A stretch of 64,000 nt of DNA from the human T2T-CHM13v2.0 reference genome, Homo sapiens, in NCBI RefSeq assembly GCF_009914755.1, contig NC_060946.1. The stretch is one strand, 5' to 3'. Of the stretch, positions 9,801 to 21,751 are shown piece after piece (the first letter of the stretch is position 1; each line of letters starts with the position of its first letter). A model generated the notes under the pieces. It did no database searches. It saw nothing but the letters and a program-made list of their open reading frames with translations, and was not told the DNA's origin. A program made the position numbers and the translations under genes.

Positions 9801-12800
9801 TGCGAATTTACAACTGTCTTCAGTGCTTGGAATAAAGTGATACTGCCCCTATTATTTATACTATTCTTTTCTCCTGGCCCATAATCATTTTTCCAGTATT
9901 ACTCATTCCCTTTCTCTCTGGCGTTTACAAACATTCATGTGGCTAAAAGAGACAAATGGCTTCTCTGGAACATCCAGCTCCGAATTTTAACCCAGAGACT
10001 ATGAGAGACAGAGGTCGTCACATCCCCCTCACCTCATCTTCACGTCACCATCGCTACCCTCCACACCTACTTACTGAGCCACCACCAAGCAGTTACCCTG
10101 AAGTCCAGTTTCCAAGCCCAGAGTTCTCCCAGGCAACCCCCAATGGATCCCGAATGTGTCTTTGGGTGGTGAATTCTGATTGGATTGCCGTTTCGGTCAG
10201 CGGGACCTTCTGCATATGCCCTGGTTGAGTACAGGTCGAGCTCTTCAGAAAGCACTCATAGCAAATGTTATGTTGATCATGTCCTAATCTGGAGTTTAAG
10301 AAAGATGCGCTCCTTGCGTATCGCCAAGGTTAGAGGATCTGCAGGTGACCTCCGCGGGGCACCGGGGAGTTTCCTTTTTACTGGCAGACACGGCAGGCCT
10401 CTCAGGGATTCACAGTATCACAGGCCAGAGGAATGAAAATCTCTGATCACCATGGGGGAGGGAAAGAAAATGCCTGGGTCCATGAGCTTTCAGACTGATT
10501 AGACTTGGGATGAAATGGACTTTACTGTCTACAATAAGGATTCCAGAGGCAAAGGGCTTCAGGGTATCCAGATACCCCAGAACTGTGTATAGGGCTTCAC
10601 ATTTTTTCCTGACTGATATTTTTGATGGAATAAATTTATCAAACAGAACTGTTTAAGGTAGAGGAACCCTTTCTGTGATGCTGCTGGGAAATCCTGTCAT
10701 GATGGGTGGATACATACAGTTTTGGCAAAGATCACACACCTCCTGGAAATCACCCTCAACCATAACTGAAGCCCACCAAGACTGTAGATACTGTATTTCA
10801 GCCAGAAATGGAAAAGCGAACATTCAACCCATTCAACTGTATGCTTTGGCCAAACAACCGCCCACTGGTTTGCCTGAAGTACCTAAGAAGGTATTGGAGA
10901 AACGTGACCAATGGCCAGCAAGAGCCAGAAGGGCCTGCCTGAAACCCAGGGTCCAACTTCAGCCAAATCAGCTTGAAGGGACTGTTCAAGCTGCAGGAGC
11001 CTCTGTGCAGTGGGCAGGGTTGGAGGGGCGGAGGGGAGCCTCTCTCTCTATCTTGGCTGACCTGGTAAAAATGATCCCTCCACCCCTAGTGGCAGAAGAC
11101 CCTGACCTGCCTGGAACCTGCCAGGGTAAGGCTAAGATGTCTGCTTGTTGAACACCAGCTAGAATAGAGCCAGCACGCAGATGACACTCATGTAACAGCA
11201 GCCATCCAGGTGAGAATGCCACTTACCACGTGAGATCTTGCTGGTTATCCTGGGTGCTGCCACCACTGGTTTTAGTCATACAGACAGTTTGCAAGTAATT
11301 GCCTCCATTTTTCCTCCTCCTAATCAGTTGTGAAAATGCTTGTTGTCCTTGGGTGATGTCTGTCCTCATTTGAATATCACTACAGATGTCTCAATCAGAA
11401 ATCAATTAGACAGCCTGGTGGTGGGGCTGCCAGTCTCACAGGCCTCATCCTCTACCTCATACTGGAATCTAGGTCTGATTGTTTCTAAGGACAAAAATTC
11501 CCTGGCTATACCCAAGCCTCCCAATCTATTTAGAAAACAGGCAGCCACGTGGTCAGTCTCATTCCTGTTGCATCTGTTCTAGGAGAGGCCGACTTATCCT
11601 GCTACCTGATTTTGCAAGGGGTATTTTACAAAACACAAGGGAGTCCTTTCCCCCAGGGCAGTGATTACAGTCATGACCCAACCAAGGCCAAGCCACTCTC
11701 ATGGCCGAGCCCTCGGCAGAGCTAGACCCCTGCTTTCACTCTTAGATGAGAAGTCTTAGGTGAAATCCCTGAGCTCCAGTGCTTGGAAAGCAGTTCAACA
11801 GCCTAACAGACATAAACAAGTTTTGAATAAGTTTCTAGGATTTTAAACAGGTGACTCCACACTTCATGAATCACAAGCTGAGGTGAATGAGATGTACTTT
11901 TCTTTCTGATCAAAGTCATTTGCTCTTGCTACCTGTCCTAGAACCTTGGTTTTTAAATTTAAATACAGGAAACAGGGAATTTAAATAAAGGGAAATAAAA
12001 GTAAGGATAACAGAGACTCTATAACTAGAGCAAGTCTAAACTCCAAGGATCCTGAAAGATCCCCAAATCTGGACCTTTGAAGAGTAACTTGACCAAACGT
12101 AAGGTATTCCTTAAATCTGGTTCCTTGATTATAGCAGCTGCTGGCTCTGGACGAAGGGCCCAACTGAAAACTGAGGGGTGATTTGGGATCTGAGTGGACG
12201 AGTGGCTTTGCCTACAGCAGCCCTGCAGAGCCCTGCCACAAGTTTGCTGCTGAGGGAGGGACGCTGGAGAGAACTCGGAGGCAGCCTTGTGCCTTGGGGT
12301 GGTGGGGACAGGACTGGCCCAGATCAGTCCAGGGCAAGAAGCAGGGAAGTCCAGGTCAGAGACATGGGTTACTATCCTTCACTCTAATTTGATTAAAAAC
12401 TAATACCACAGACACAAACAGGTCCCAGTAGTCCCTTTCATGCTAAACACTTGCAACTTTTCTTTAGTGACATTTTCTCCTTTGGGGACTACACAGGATC
12501 TGACTTAATGTTTGATGATGGCTCATGTGCAAATGCAACCGGGCCCTCCTCAAAGATAAGCGGACATGCTCACCCCATCCTGACAGCAAAGGACAGCGTG
12601 GTTCCAGGAAAGAGCCACGACAGTGTTTCCCTTAGGCCAAATTAAATCACATACTGGTGTAAGGCCTATGGTAAAATATTATTCTGTTCCACTTTTCATA
12701 CTGTCTGACCTAGTCCCTTAGCAATAGGACTGCGGCTAAACAAAGGCAGTTGTTCAAATAATTATATGCCCCATGTGAAGAGGCTAATCGTTTTAGTCTT

Positions 12801-14453
12801 GAAGTGTCAGTGATTCACAGTCTTGGACTTTTGGCTTTGATGTGCATTCTCACTGAAAATGTGGAGAAGGGTCTGGCTTGGCAGCTGACAGCGGCAGCTC
12901 TGGAGCCGGCTAGCGGTGTTATATCGCCCTCTTGTGGCCTCTGGAGCAGTGCGTGGGTGCTTGCAGCCAGAAGCAGGAGAATGATCCAGGCCTTCCCCTC
13001 CACCTGGGCAGCGCAGGTGACGGGTGCCAAACCCTCCCGAGATGACGGGGTCACTGAGGCTGACCTGCCACAATTCGGCATGGCCCACCGGCCTCGGGTG
13101 CTGGCCTCCATCACCACCATTAGCAGTCTGTGAGTGACCAGACATGAGAACACAGGCCCCTGGCCCAGATTTTCACCTGTCTTCCCCAGGTTTAGGACAG
13201 TGTGTGCCTGGCACAAGTCAGTAAATATCTGTTGAATGAATGGATAAAACTGGGGATGGAGAGGACTCCTAATTAGACTCCAACTTTTCAGTTAAGTGTT
13301 TTTACTGATACACAATGGATCATTTTAGTTAGCCAAGGAACAGTGCTTGCTCTGATGATTTACTTTAATACCTTTAAAAAGGTTTCACTCTGTCTCATTT
13401 AAAGCAGCCAAACTCCTTCCCCTGTGTTCAAATACCTGACTCACAAAAGATTGTATTTGTAGATATCAGGAACTAAGGATGTGCTTTCCAACTGCATGCC
13501 TCACCTCAAGATAGGACTGCAGCCTGTGGGCGGGTTCAGGGGCCCCTTCACATTCTCCACACAACCAGCTCTGAAGGGCAGCAGAAGCACAGGGTGCTGC
13601 TAGCAGCATGTCATTTTTTGAAATGCTGGTGACAGTGCTTTTTGCTTTTCCCAGTGTATAAAGGCATTATTCTGATCATTGTTCTAACTTGCTTGAGGCT
13701 TAAGTCCATAACCTTCCCCCTTCCTAGCACCCCTACAGGAAAACTAGGTTGTCCTGAAGCCAGCTACCACTAATCCTGATAGCATATTCTTTAAGTCACG
13801 GGAAAGTCTGCAGGGAGAAAAACTCTAAAACACATGGCACAACTTTTATACATTCAGAGGATCCCTTTCCAGGATGACCTGTGGCGCTGGGGAAGCACTG
13901 GGATGGGTCAAGGCAGGGCCACCTCCTGCCCTCCACCTCTTCCTGGCCTCCACCAAGCCGATTTCTGCCTCAAGTACAGAGCCGCCACAATAGTCACTGC
14001 CTTCAACTGGCTCAGCGTGGACACCTCGGCCAGTGAAACCATGCTCAGGGGTGGGGCCTGCAGGCATGTCGACTGGAGCATGCCCCCACCCTGAAATCAC
14101 TGTGCTGGCTGGCAGAGGCAGGGGGCTCACTAGATTCAAAGCTCCTCGGGAACAGGCCCAGCCCCTTCCTTCTGCTTCATCCTCTTGGGAGAGCCCCCAG
14201 GTTCAACCCAAGAGCGGCCATGAAAAGCCTATTGGCTGATTTCTAAGTTGGCTCTTCTGCTTTCTGTGCCAAACTAGACCCAAAATGCAATGCTGCTTTG
14301 GACCCCATACCATTCCAGAAACTTTACTGACCGCCAACGTGTACCAGGCCTTGTAACAGCTGCTGGGGACACAGAGATGAGGGGCAGTCCTTGCCTTCAG
14401 GGACTGTAGAGTGGGCAGCAAGCACAGAGCTAAGTCCTGAGTCCAATCAGGCA

Positions 14454-15091
14454 CAGCTGCCTCTCTGTATCCCTGGGGGATTATTCCAGGACACCCCTCA
14501 GATACCAAAATCCTCAGATGCTTAAGTCCTTGGTATAAAATGACATGGTGTTTCCATTAACCTTCATACAACCTCCTGTATACTTTAAATCATCTGTAGA
14601 TTATTTATAATCTAGATTACCTAACAGAAGGCCTACATGTCACTTCATTCACATGGACTCAGTGTAGTAGTCAGCATGTAGCAAATTCAAGTTTGGCTTT
14701 TCATAACTTCGGGGAATTAAAAAATATATATTTTCGCTGGGCATGGTGGTTCACGCCCGTAATGCCAACACTTTGGGAAGCCAAAGCAGATGGATTGCCT
14801 GAGCCCAGGAGTTTGAAACTAGCCTGGGCAACATGGTGAAACCCTGTCCCTACAAAAAATATAAAAATTAGCTGGGCGTGGTGGTGCACACCTGTAGTCC
14901 CAGCTATTCAGGAGGCTGAGGTCAGGGGAGTGCTTGAGCCTGGGAGGTCGAGGCTGCAGTGAGCTATGATCACTGCCACTGCATTCAAGCCTGGGGACAG
15001 AGCAAGACTCTGTCTTAAAAATATATATGTATTTTTTCAATCCATGGTTGAATCCATAGATGAGGAACCCATGGATATGGAGGGCTGATTG
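14454..15091 (+). mobile_element. MER2B-like Tc1/mariner (Tigger) MITE, split by an Alu
   Basis: Ends cagctgcctctctgtatccctggggga... and ...catggatatggagggctgattg match the MER2 terminal inverted repeats; internal gataccaaaatcc and tatactttaaatcatc. Interrupted at ~14735-15021 by an Alu. Confidence 0.8.
14735..15021 (+). mobile_element. AluJ
   Basis: Full dimeric Alu with J-type diagnostics (gagcccaggagtttg, gaggtcgaggctgcagtgagctatgat). Flanking aaaaatatata is duplicated. Confidence 0.92.
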
Positions 15092-15789
15092 TCTCAGGTA
15101 CCATAAAAAACATCCAGGTATGCAAGGGGCCCAGTGGTGGGGAGGGGAATGAAGGGATCCAGGAAGGTAAGGAGAAGAGGCAAGGAAGGTTTCAAAGAGG
15201 AGGTGACACCTCAGCTGGGCCAGAGAGATGAGAGGAGCCTGCCAGCGCGAGATGACCTGAGCCTCATGGGGGCAGAAGCGGCAGTCACAGCCAGTCTCCA
15301 TCTTTGCCCTCTGCTCCCCTCCCGGTCCCCAAACACCAATGCAACATTAATGGAACAAGTAATCTGGGGACCTGAATGCAAAAGGAGAAATGCAAAGGGA
15401 GACAGGCAAAGGCCTCAGAAGGCCCAAGTGGGTAAAGAATGGAGAGTCCAAATAACCTTCAGAGGAGCGGGGATCCCTGGGAAATGCAGGCCTCAGGGCG
15501 AGCAGGAGGGAAGGCTGGTAGTAAGTCACTGAAATGGTTTGCATGACAGTCAGTAGCAGTAAAGAAAACTTGGAAAAGCAAAGGAGCTAGGTTTATATTT
15601 CTTCCTCCAAGGTATGGCACATAAATCAGGGTAAGTGATGATGGTATCTCAGAAGCTTTAAGCTGGAGAATTCTCTGCAGTTTTGGTCATCTCATTAAAA
15701 GGAGGACGCAGGAGAGGGTCATAATCCTAAGAAGGGAAGGACAACCGAGCACGTGCAAGGACTGCAAGAATGTGCATGCAAGGATGTGA

Positions 15790-16464
<675 letters not shown>

Positions 16465-17146
16465 TAGCGCAGCCTCCTGACAAATATTAGGCAAGACACA
16501 TCCTTGGAAGGCCAGGCAGGGAAGGTATAGGCATTTTCTGGGGACAAAGAAATCATTGTGCAGATGTGGTTTCCCGGGGATACATTTCTCCTCCGTCATT
16601 TGGCTGGAGCAGAAGAGAGAGCTGCTGAAGGCCACTCCAACAGCTGTGAGACAAATCTCCCACCTGGCTGCAGACTGCTGGGAAGAAGGGGCCATGCAGC
16701 CTGGCTAACAGCAGCCTGCTCGCCTGCTGCAGGCTCCCTGGGCTTTCCTAACAGTCTACGCAAAGGCATCTGATGGGCTCACCGTTGGGATTTGCGAAGA
16801 TCCTGAGCCCTCCAGCACTCTCTGCTCAGTCAGAGGGCTGTGTTTGAATTAAAAAGTGATGTGCAAAGACCAGGGCAGGTGAATACACACCACAGAAAAC
16901 CTGTCTGTGGCAGATTATGCAAGGGTGTCTTTAACGTTAGACTCTATGGTGGAGTCAGTGATTCCCAACAATATCTGAGGCTGAGGGCAAGAGGGAGGTG
17001 GGAATTGATTCTCTGAGACTCCATCTCACCAGAAAGCATAGCCCTGGCTCGAAGTTGCTCAGACAAGATTCTAGGATGAGAGGTGGGGAGGTGGGGAAGC
17101 ATTCATTCCCAGTAGGGTGTGGGCGCAAGGTGCAAAGAAGCCCTCT

Positions 17147-17248
17147 GGGAAGGGCACAGCCACGGCCACATCCCCGAGGCGTCTGCTAGGTGGGAAAGGG
17201 CACAGCCACGGCCACATCCCCGAGGCATCTGCTAGGTGGGAAAGGGCA
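17147..17248. repeat. 46-bp tandem repeat, about 2.2 copies
   Basis: gggaaagggcacagccacggccacatccccgaggc(g/a)tctgctaggt starts at 17147 and 17192, with a partial copy at 17238. Confidence 0.9.
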
Positions 17249-17668
17249 GCCTCGTCCTCACACTGATGCACGGCCCCTACTGACAACTGCTTAGAGGTGC
17301 ACCTGCGCCTCCCTGAGCCGCACCATCACTCTGTTGGGCAGGCTGGGAAGGGAGCATCATTTCATTTTGTACATGAGGTCACTGAGGCTGAATGTACCCG
17401 GCTTGTAGGGAGCAGAGCTAGGGCTTGAACCCAGATTTGCAACTTAAAGCTCAAGGCCTCATCCACTACCAACCAACCAACCAAGTCTGTGCTCCACCTT
17501 ATTTTTCAAATGCTCACTGAGAAGCTGGACAGAGCGGACTTGTGTTCTGGAAAGCCTCCGGTTGTCTCGGGAGCCCATTTTGGTGTCTAAGAGGGATACA
17601 TGTGGGCGCTGACTGGTAAGCGATGTGTTCTGATGCGGAGGAGCCTTGTGCCCCCAGGAGGTGCTTAC

Positions 17669-17813
17669 CCCTTCCATGGGCGCGATGAGCAGGTCATACA
17701 GGGCACGGAGCGGGGGCTTGGCAAACGAGCTCTGCCTCCTGGGAAGAGAGGAGGTCCCGTCCTGGGTCGGTGACACAGTGTTACTGAACAGGCTCGTCAT
17801 GCTCTGGCAGCTC
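17669..17813 (-). CDS. TTC28: TTC28 internal coding exon, 145 nt (probably exon 14)
   Basis: Acceptor ccttccctccccag|GAGCTGC at 17813; donor GAAGGG|gtaagc at 17669; phase 2 to 0. Encodes (R)SCQSMTSLFSNTVSPTQDGTSSLPRRQSSFAKPPLRALYDLLIAPMEG, where LYDLLIAP is the typical CHAT-entry helix (LY..Li.P). Confidence 0.93.
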
Positions 17814-18524
17814 CTGGGGAGGGAAGGGCCGAGGGATCAATCAGGGCCACTCAGACAGGCAAAGACTCACCCTGGCCCTCCAAGCCATGCCCCTGTATGG
17901 AAGGCAGGCTGAGGCTTCACAGCAGCAACCCCGCCAGCCTCCCTCCCAGCTCCGTTCCCTTCTCTTCCCTTTCAGGTAATTTTCACACTACAGTGAGCAC
18001 TGTCAGAAACCGCAGGGTAAACCAGCTGCACACAACAGCTTACATTTCTATGGAGTTTTTCTACATAATCAAATGTCCCTAAGTGCTGTTCAAAGGATTT
18101 AATTACATCCTGTGTGGAGCAATTGTGTGCAGGCAAACGTGAGGACCATTAGGAATCAGCGACAGCCACCAAGCTGATGAGGACAGTGCCCCAATGCCAA
18201 TTAAGGTACCAAGGGGGCTGCAAACAGGACAAAGAGCATGTTGGCCCCCACCTTGGGCTCAGAGCAACTGCTGAGCACCCACCTGAGCCCCAGCACGGGC
18301 TCTGTGGCAAGGCAGTAGAAACCCCTGGCCCCATGGCCTCATTGGGAAGATGCTATGACCAGGCAGCAGCTGCAGAGTGGGTCGGTTTGAGTATGGCTGT
18401 ATAGTTTTGTTTCGCTTTTAAATTTCTGTTCCAATGTTTCCAGGCATAGTTTTATTAATACAGAAGCATTTTCAACCCCAAGGACCCCAAGCTTCATACT
18501 TCCAACATGGGATGAGAGCATTCA

Positions 18525-18640
18525 CTGATTCATTCATTCACTCATTCATTTGGAAAATTTTCCCCAAGCACTGGCTGTCTGCCAGGCACTGGTATAGTCT
18601 CTGGGAACCTACAGAGGACAAAATGCACAAGTGAGCAGAA
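18525..18640 (-). mobile_element. L2 LINE 3' end
   Basis: (cattc)n tail followed by ...gcactggctgtctgccaggcactgg, the reverse-complement L2 3' terminus. Confidence 0.55.
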
Positions 18641-18790
18641 GAGATACAGGAAGGGGAAATGAGTCCATTTCCAATGCAGCAACAAGGCTGCCCACGTGCA
18701 TCCTCTCAGCACCTGCCCTGTGGCCTGGCCACTGTGGCCGCAGCACAGCCATCAGTGACATTCTGTGCCTGATTACTGGACAGACAGTGA

Positions 18791-19146
18791 TTTTTTTTTT
18801 AAACAGACAAGGTATCATCCTTCCTGTAGGAGATAGCTTTAAAAAAAAAAAAAAAAAAAAAAAAGACAAATTGTTGCTCTGTGACCCAGGCTGGAGTGCA
18901 GTGGTGCAAACATAGCTCACTGCAGCCTCAACCTCCTGGGCCCAAGTGCTCCTCCTGCCTCAGCCTCCTGAGGAGTTGGGTCCACAGTTATGTACCACAA
19001 CACCTAGCTAATTTGTAAATTTTTTTTTTGTAGAGATGGGGTCTCACTGTGTTACCCAGGCTGGTCTTGAACTCCTGGGCTCAAGCAATCCTCCCACCTT
19101 GGCCTCCTAAAGTGTTGGGATTACAGACGTGAGACACCACACCCCA
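18791..19146 (-). mobile_element. AluJ with a small insertion in its tail
   Basis: T10 at 18791-18800 and Alu body at 18865-19146. TSD cagtgat at ~18785 and ~19151. Confidence 0.88.
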
Positions 19147-21665
19147 CCATCAGTGATCTCTTAACCTCGATTTAGACACTGTTCATAGTTTAAGAGTTTC
19201 TGCTACATACTCTAGGACTCTTAAGGGCAAAGACCATGCCGTAAACCAGATACACTGCTGAGGTTCAGTAGGTACTCTGGCTACTGGCAGTGACAGCAAC
19301 TAGATTGTTGCCGAAGAAAAGCACAGAAGGCTGCTCCTCTCTGCTGGTCCAGGCCAGGAGCTGTGACATCAAAATAAATTATTTGAAAGATTCAGTGATG
19401 TGTTTTCCAGGTAAGGTTTCTACCCCTAGCTCTCTCCCACTCCTCCCAGTGATCTTGGCAATGCACCACTTGACCTAAATTCTAGGGTCATGCCAAGCCA
19501 AGCTCTCAGCACCCTCAGCCCCCAGCCTGGTGCCTGTGAGAGAAAAGCAGAGCAGCAGGACTTGGAGGGCCAGGGAGCCCACTCACATCCGCTCCCTGGC
19601 CTCACTCACTCTGGAAACGTGTAATTACAAGTGACGAGGGCTGCAGCATGTCTTTGCATTCAGAGCCAGTGAAGCACAGATAACCCCGGAGTGACACTCA
19701 GAGGCTCACTTAATTCCACAGAATACACTGCAAAGAGCAATTCTCCCCTCAAGGAGAGATTACCAAATTGCTCTCCCGAGGAGACGCTTTGGCATGACGC
19801 GCGGTGTCTGTCACGGCACTGTTGGTTACCACACACACGTGTTCTCAGCAGACAGGCAGCATGGCCCCGAAGAGCCTAGGCTGCCATCCAGACAGCAGAT
19901 GGGCAGCAGCAGGAGCACTAGGTGCCCTCTTCCTATGTACCTCAAGTTTCACAATCTAGATGATGGCCTGGACTATGGGCTCATGTACCCCCAACTTGAG
20001 GTGCCTCAGTCTGATCAGTCCAGCTGGGGGTGACCAGGGGGAGTGCCATGCCCCCAGACAGTGCTGTGGCCCAAGGTCCTCAAGATGACTGATGGGGACA
20101 CTTCACAAACCTCAAGGCCCTTCGGCTTTGAACTAAAAAGGCTCCTACTAGAGAAAGAGACCCCAGCTCTAGGGAGTTCTCAGGACAGCCCCAGCTGTCC
20201 AGGGAGACCCAGGAGTTCCTTCAGCTGCTCCAAAGCTTGGCTACTTACTCCAACAAATCAGAACCAAACACCCGGCCCATCTGACCCCTCCCTGAGGAGC
20301 ACAAGATGTCAGGTTGGGCAGTCCCTGGAGGTCTGGGCAGGGGACCCCTACTGGCAATGCTGAACTACACAAGGAAGTGCCAGGGAAAGGCTGGAGTCTG
20401 ATGCCGGCCAGCAATTCAAAAGAGGAAAATGTCTGGAAGAAGTGGTGGGCAGACCTGCTGAGCTCGAATCCCAGCCTTGGGCACTGCTTCATGCCCTGCA
20501 ATCAGGGGCAGTGTCATCTAGGGGCAGGGAGTGTGGGGCCTGGAGAGGATGGCTGCAGCACGTGGAAAGCCAGACAAGGCTTGGGCACGTGAGCTAGAGA
20601 CAGGCCTGGGGCAGGAGGGCAGAGACCAGGCTGTGGATTCCAGGGCCCAAGTGCTAACGGCGGTGGCATCTTTTTATTGAAAATGCCATGAGTGCCAGAG
20701 GCATCTAAGGGGCCCGGTGGCGCTAACCCATCCCACATATGTCACTGCCCGTGATGTGCCAGGCACCATGGGTGCCACCCAGGCCATGGGCCTTTGTCCT
20801 GGGTCCCAGTGGAGGTGGGGCAGCACCGGGGATAAGTCCCTGACTCCCACTGCTGGTCGGGCTGAGCTGAGGAAAGGCTCTTTGGGACAGCACCATTTGA
20901 TCTGGGCTACAAGGGATGACTTGGTGGCACCCTGCCTGGACAAAGTGGAGGAGGTCATTCCAACAGAGGAACAACATAGGGAAATAGAGACTGGGGTACT
21001 TGGGGCAGTGAGTGTGAGGAGTCATGCGGACAGAGGGCTGGGGATGCAGGCCGAAGAAGAAAGTGGGCCAGATGGGCCTGGGCACTGGGCAGAGGATCTG
21101 GGGTTATCTATGGGGAGAAGCAGTACCTCTTACCTCTTTAAACAACCAGGCTTGCCTGATCAAGAAGTTCCTCTCCCCAGGCTACCAGTTGTTTCCTAGG
21201 GGATGAGCATAAGGAGGCCACCTGTGTCAACACCCCTCCCCTGAGAACATTCCCCCCATCCCCAGGGCTAACACAGTGCAGATTCTTCAAGAACCAGCGA
21301 TTAATGGGGTGGCCAGGGCACCCAAGCTCCAATGAAGGCTCTGCCTCTGAGTCTCAGCTGAGCACCCCCTGCCTGGAACTTGACCTTGTCCTGCTCTCTC
21401 CAGGCCGCCAAGCCCACCTGTGCCCCATCAGCACTTGCTGGCCTCTGCCCCCCTAGATGCCACATCAAGCACTGGCTCTCAGCCTCCCACCCTGGCCCTT
21501 CTTGCAACCTGGCAGCTCACAGACCAACTATTTCTGGAGCAACAGTTCCTGGGCACTGACCCTAGCCAGCCCAGTCTGGGTGGGCCCAGCAGGACCTGGC
21601 CACGGGGCCCCTTGCATTCAGGCAGGCGGTCCTTTGAGAATACTCCTCTGATCTGTGCTGCTATT

Positions 21666-21667
<2 letters not shown>

Positions 21668-21710
<43 letters not shown>

Positions 21711-21751
21711 TGCGCGCGTGTGTGCGCGCGCGGGGGGGGGGGGGGGCGGGG
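21668..21751. repeat. (GT)n/(GC)n microsatellite fused to a G15CG4 run
   Basis: Read directly from the sequence. Confidence 0.95.
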
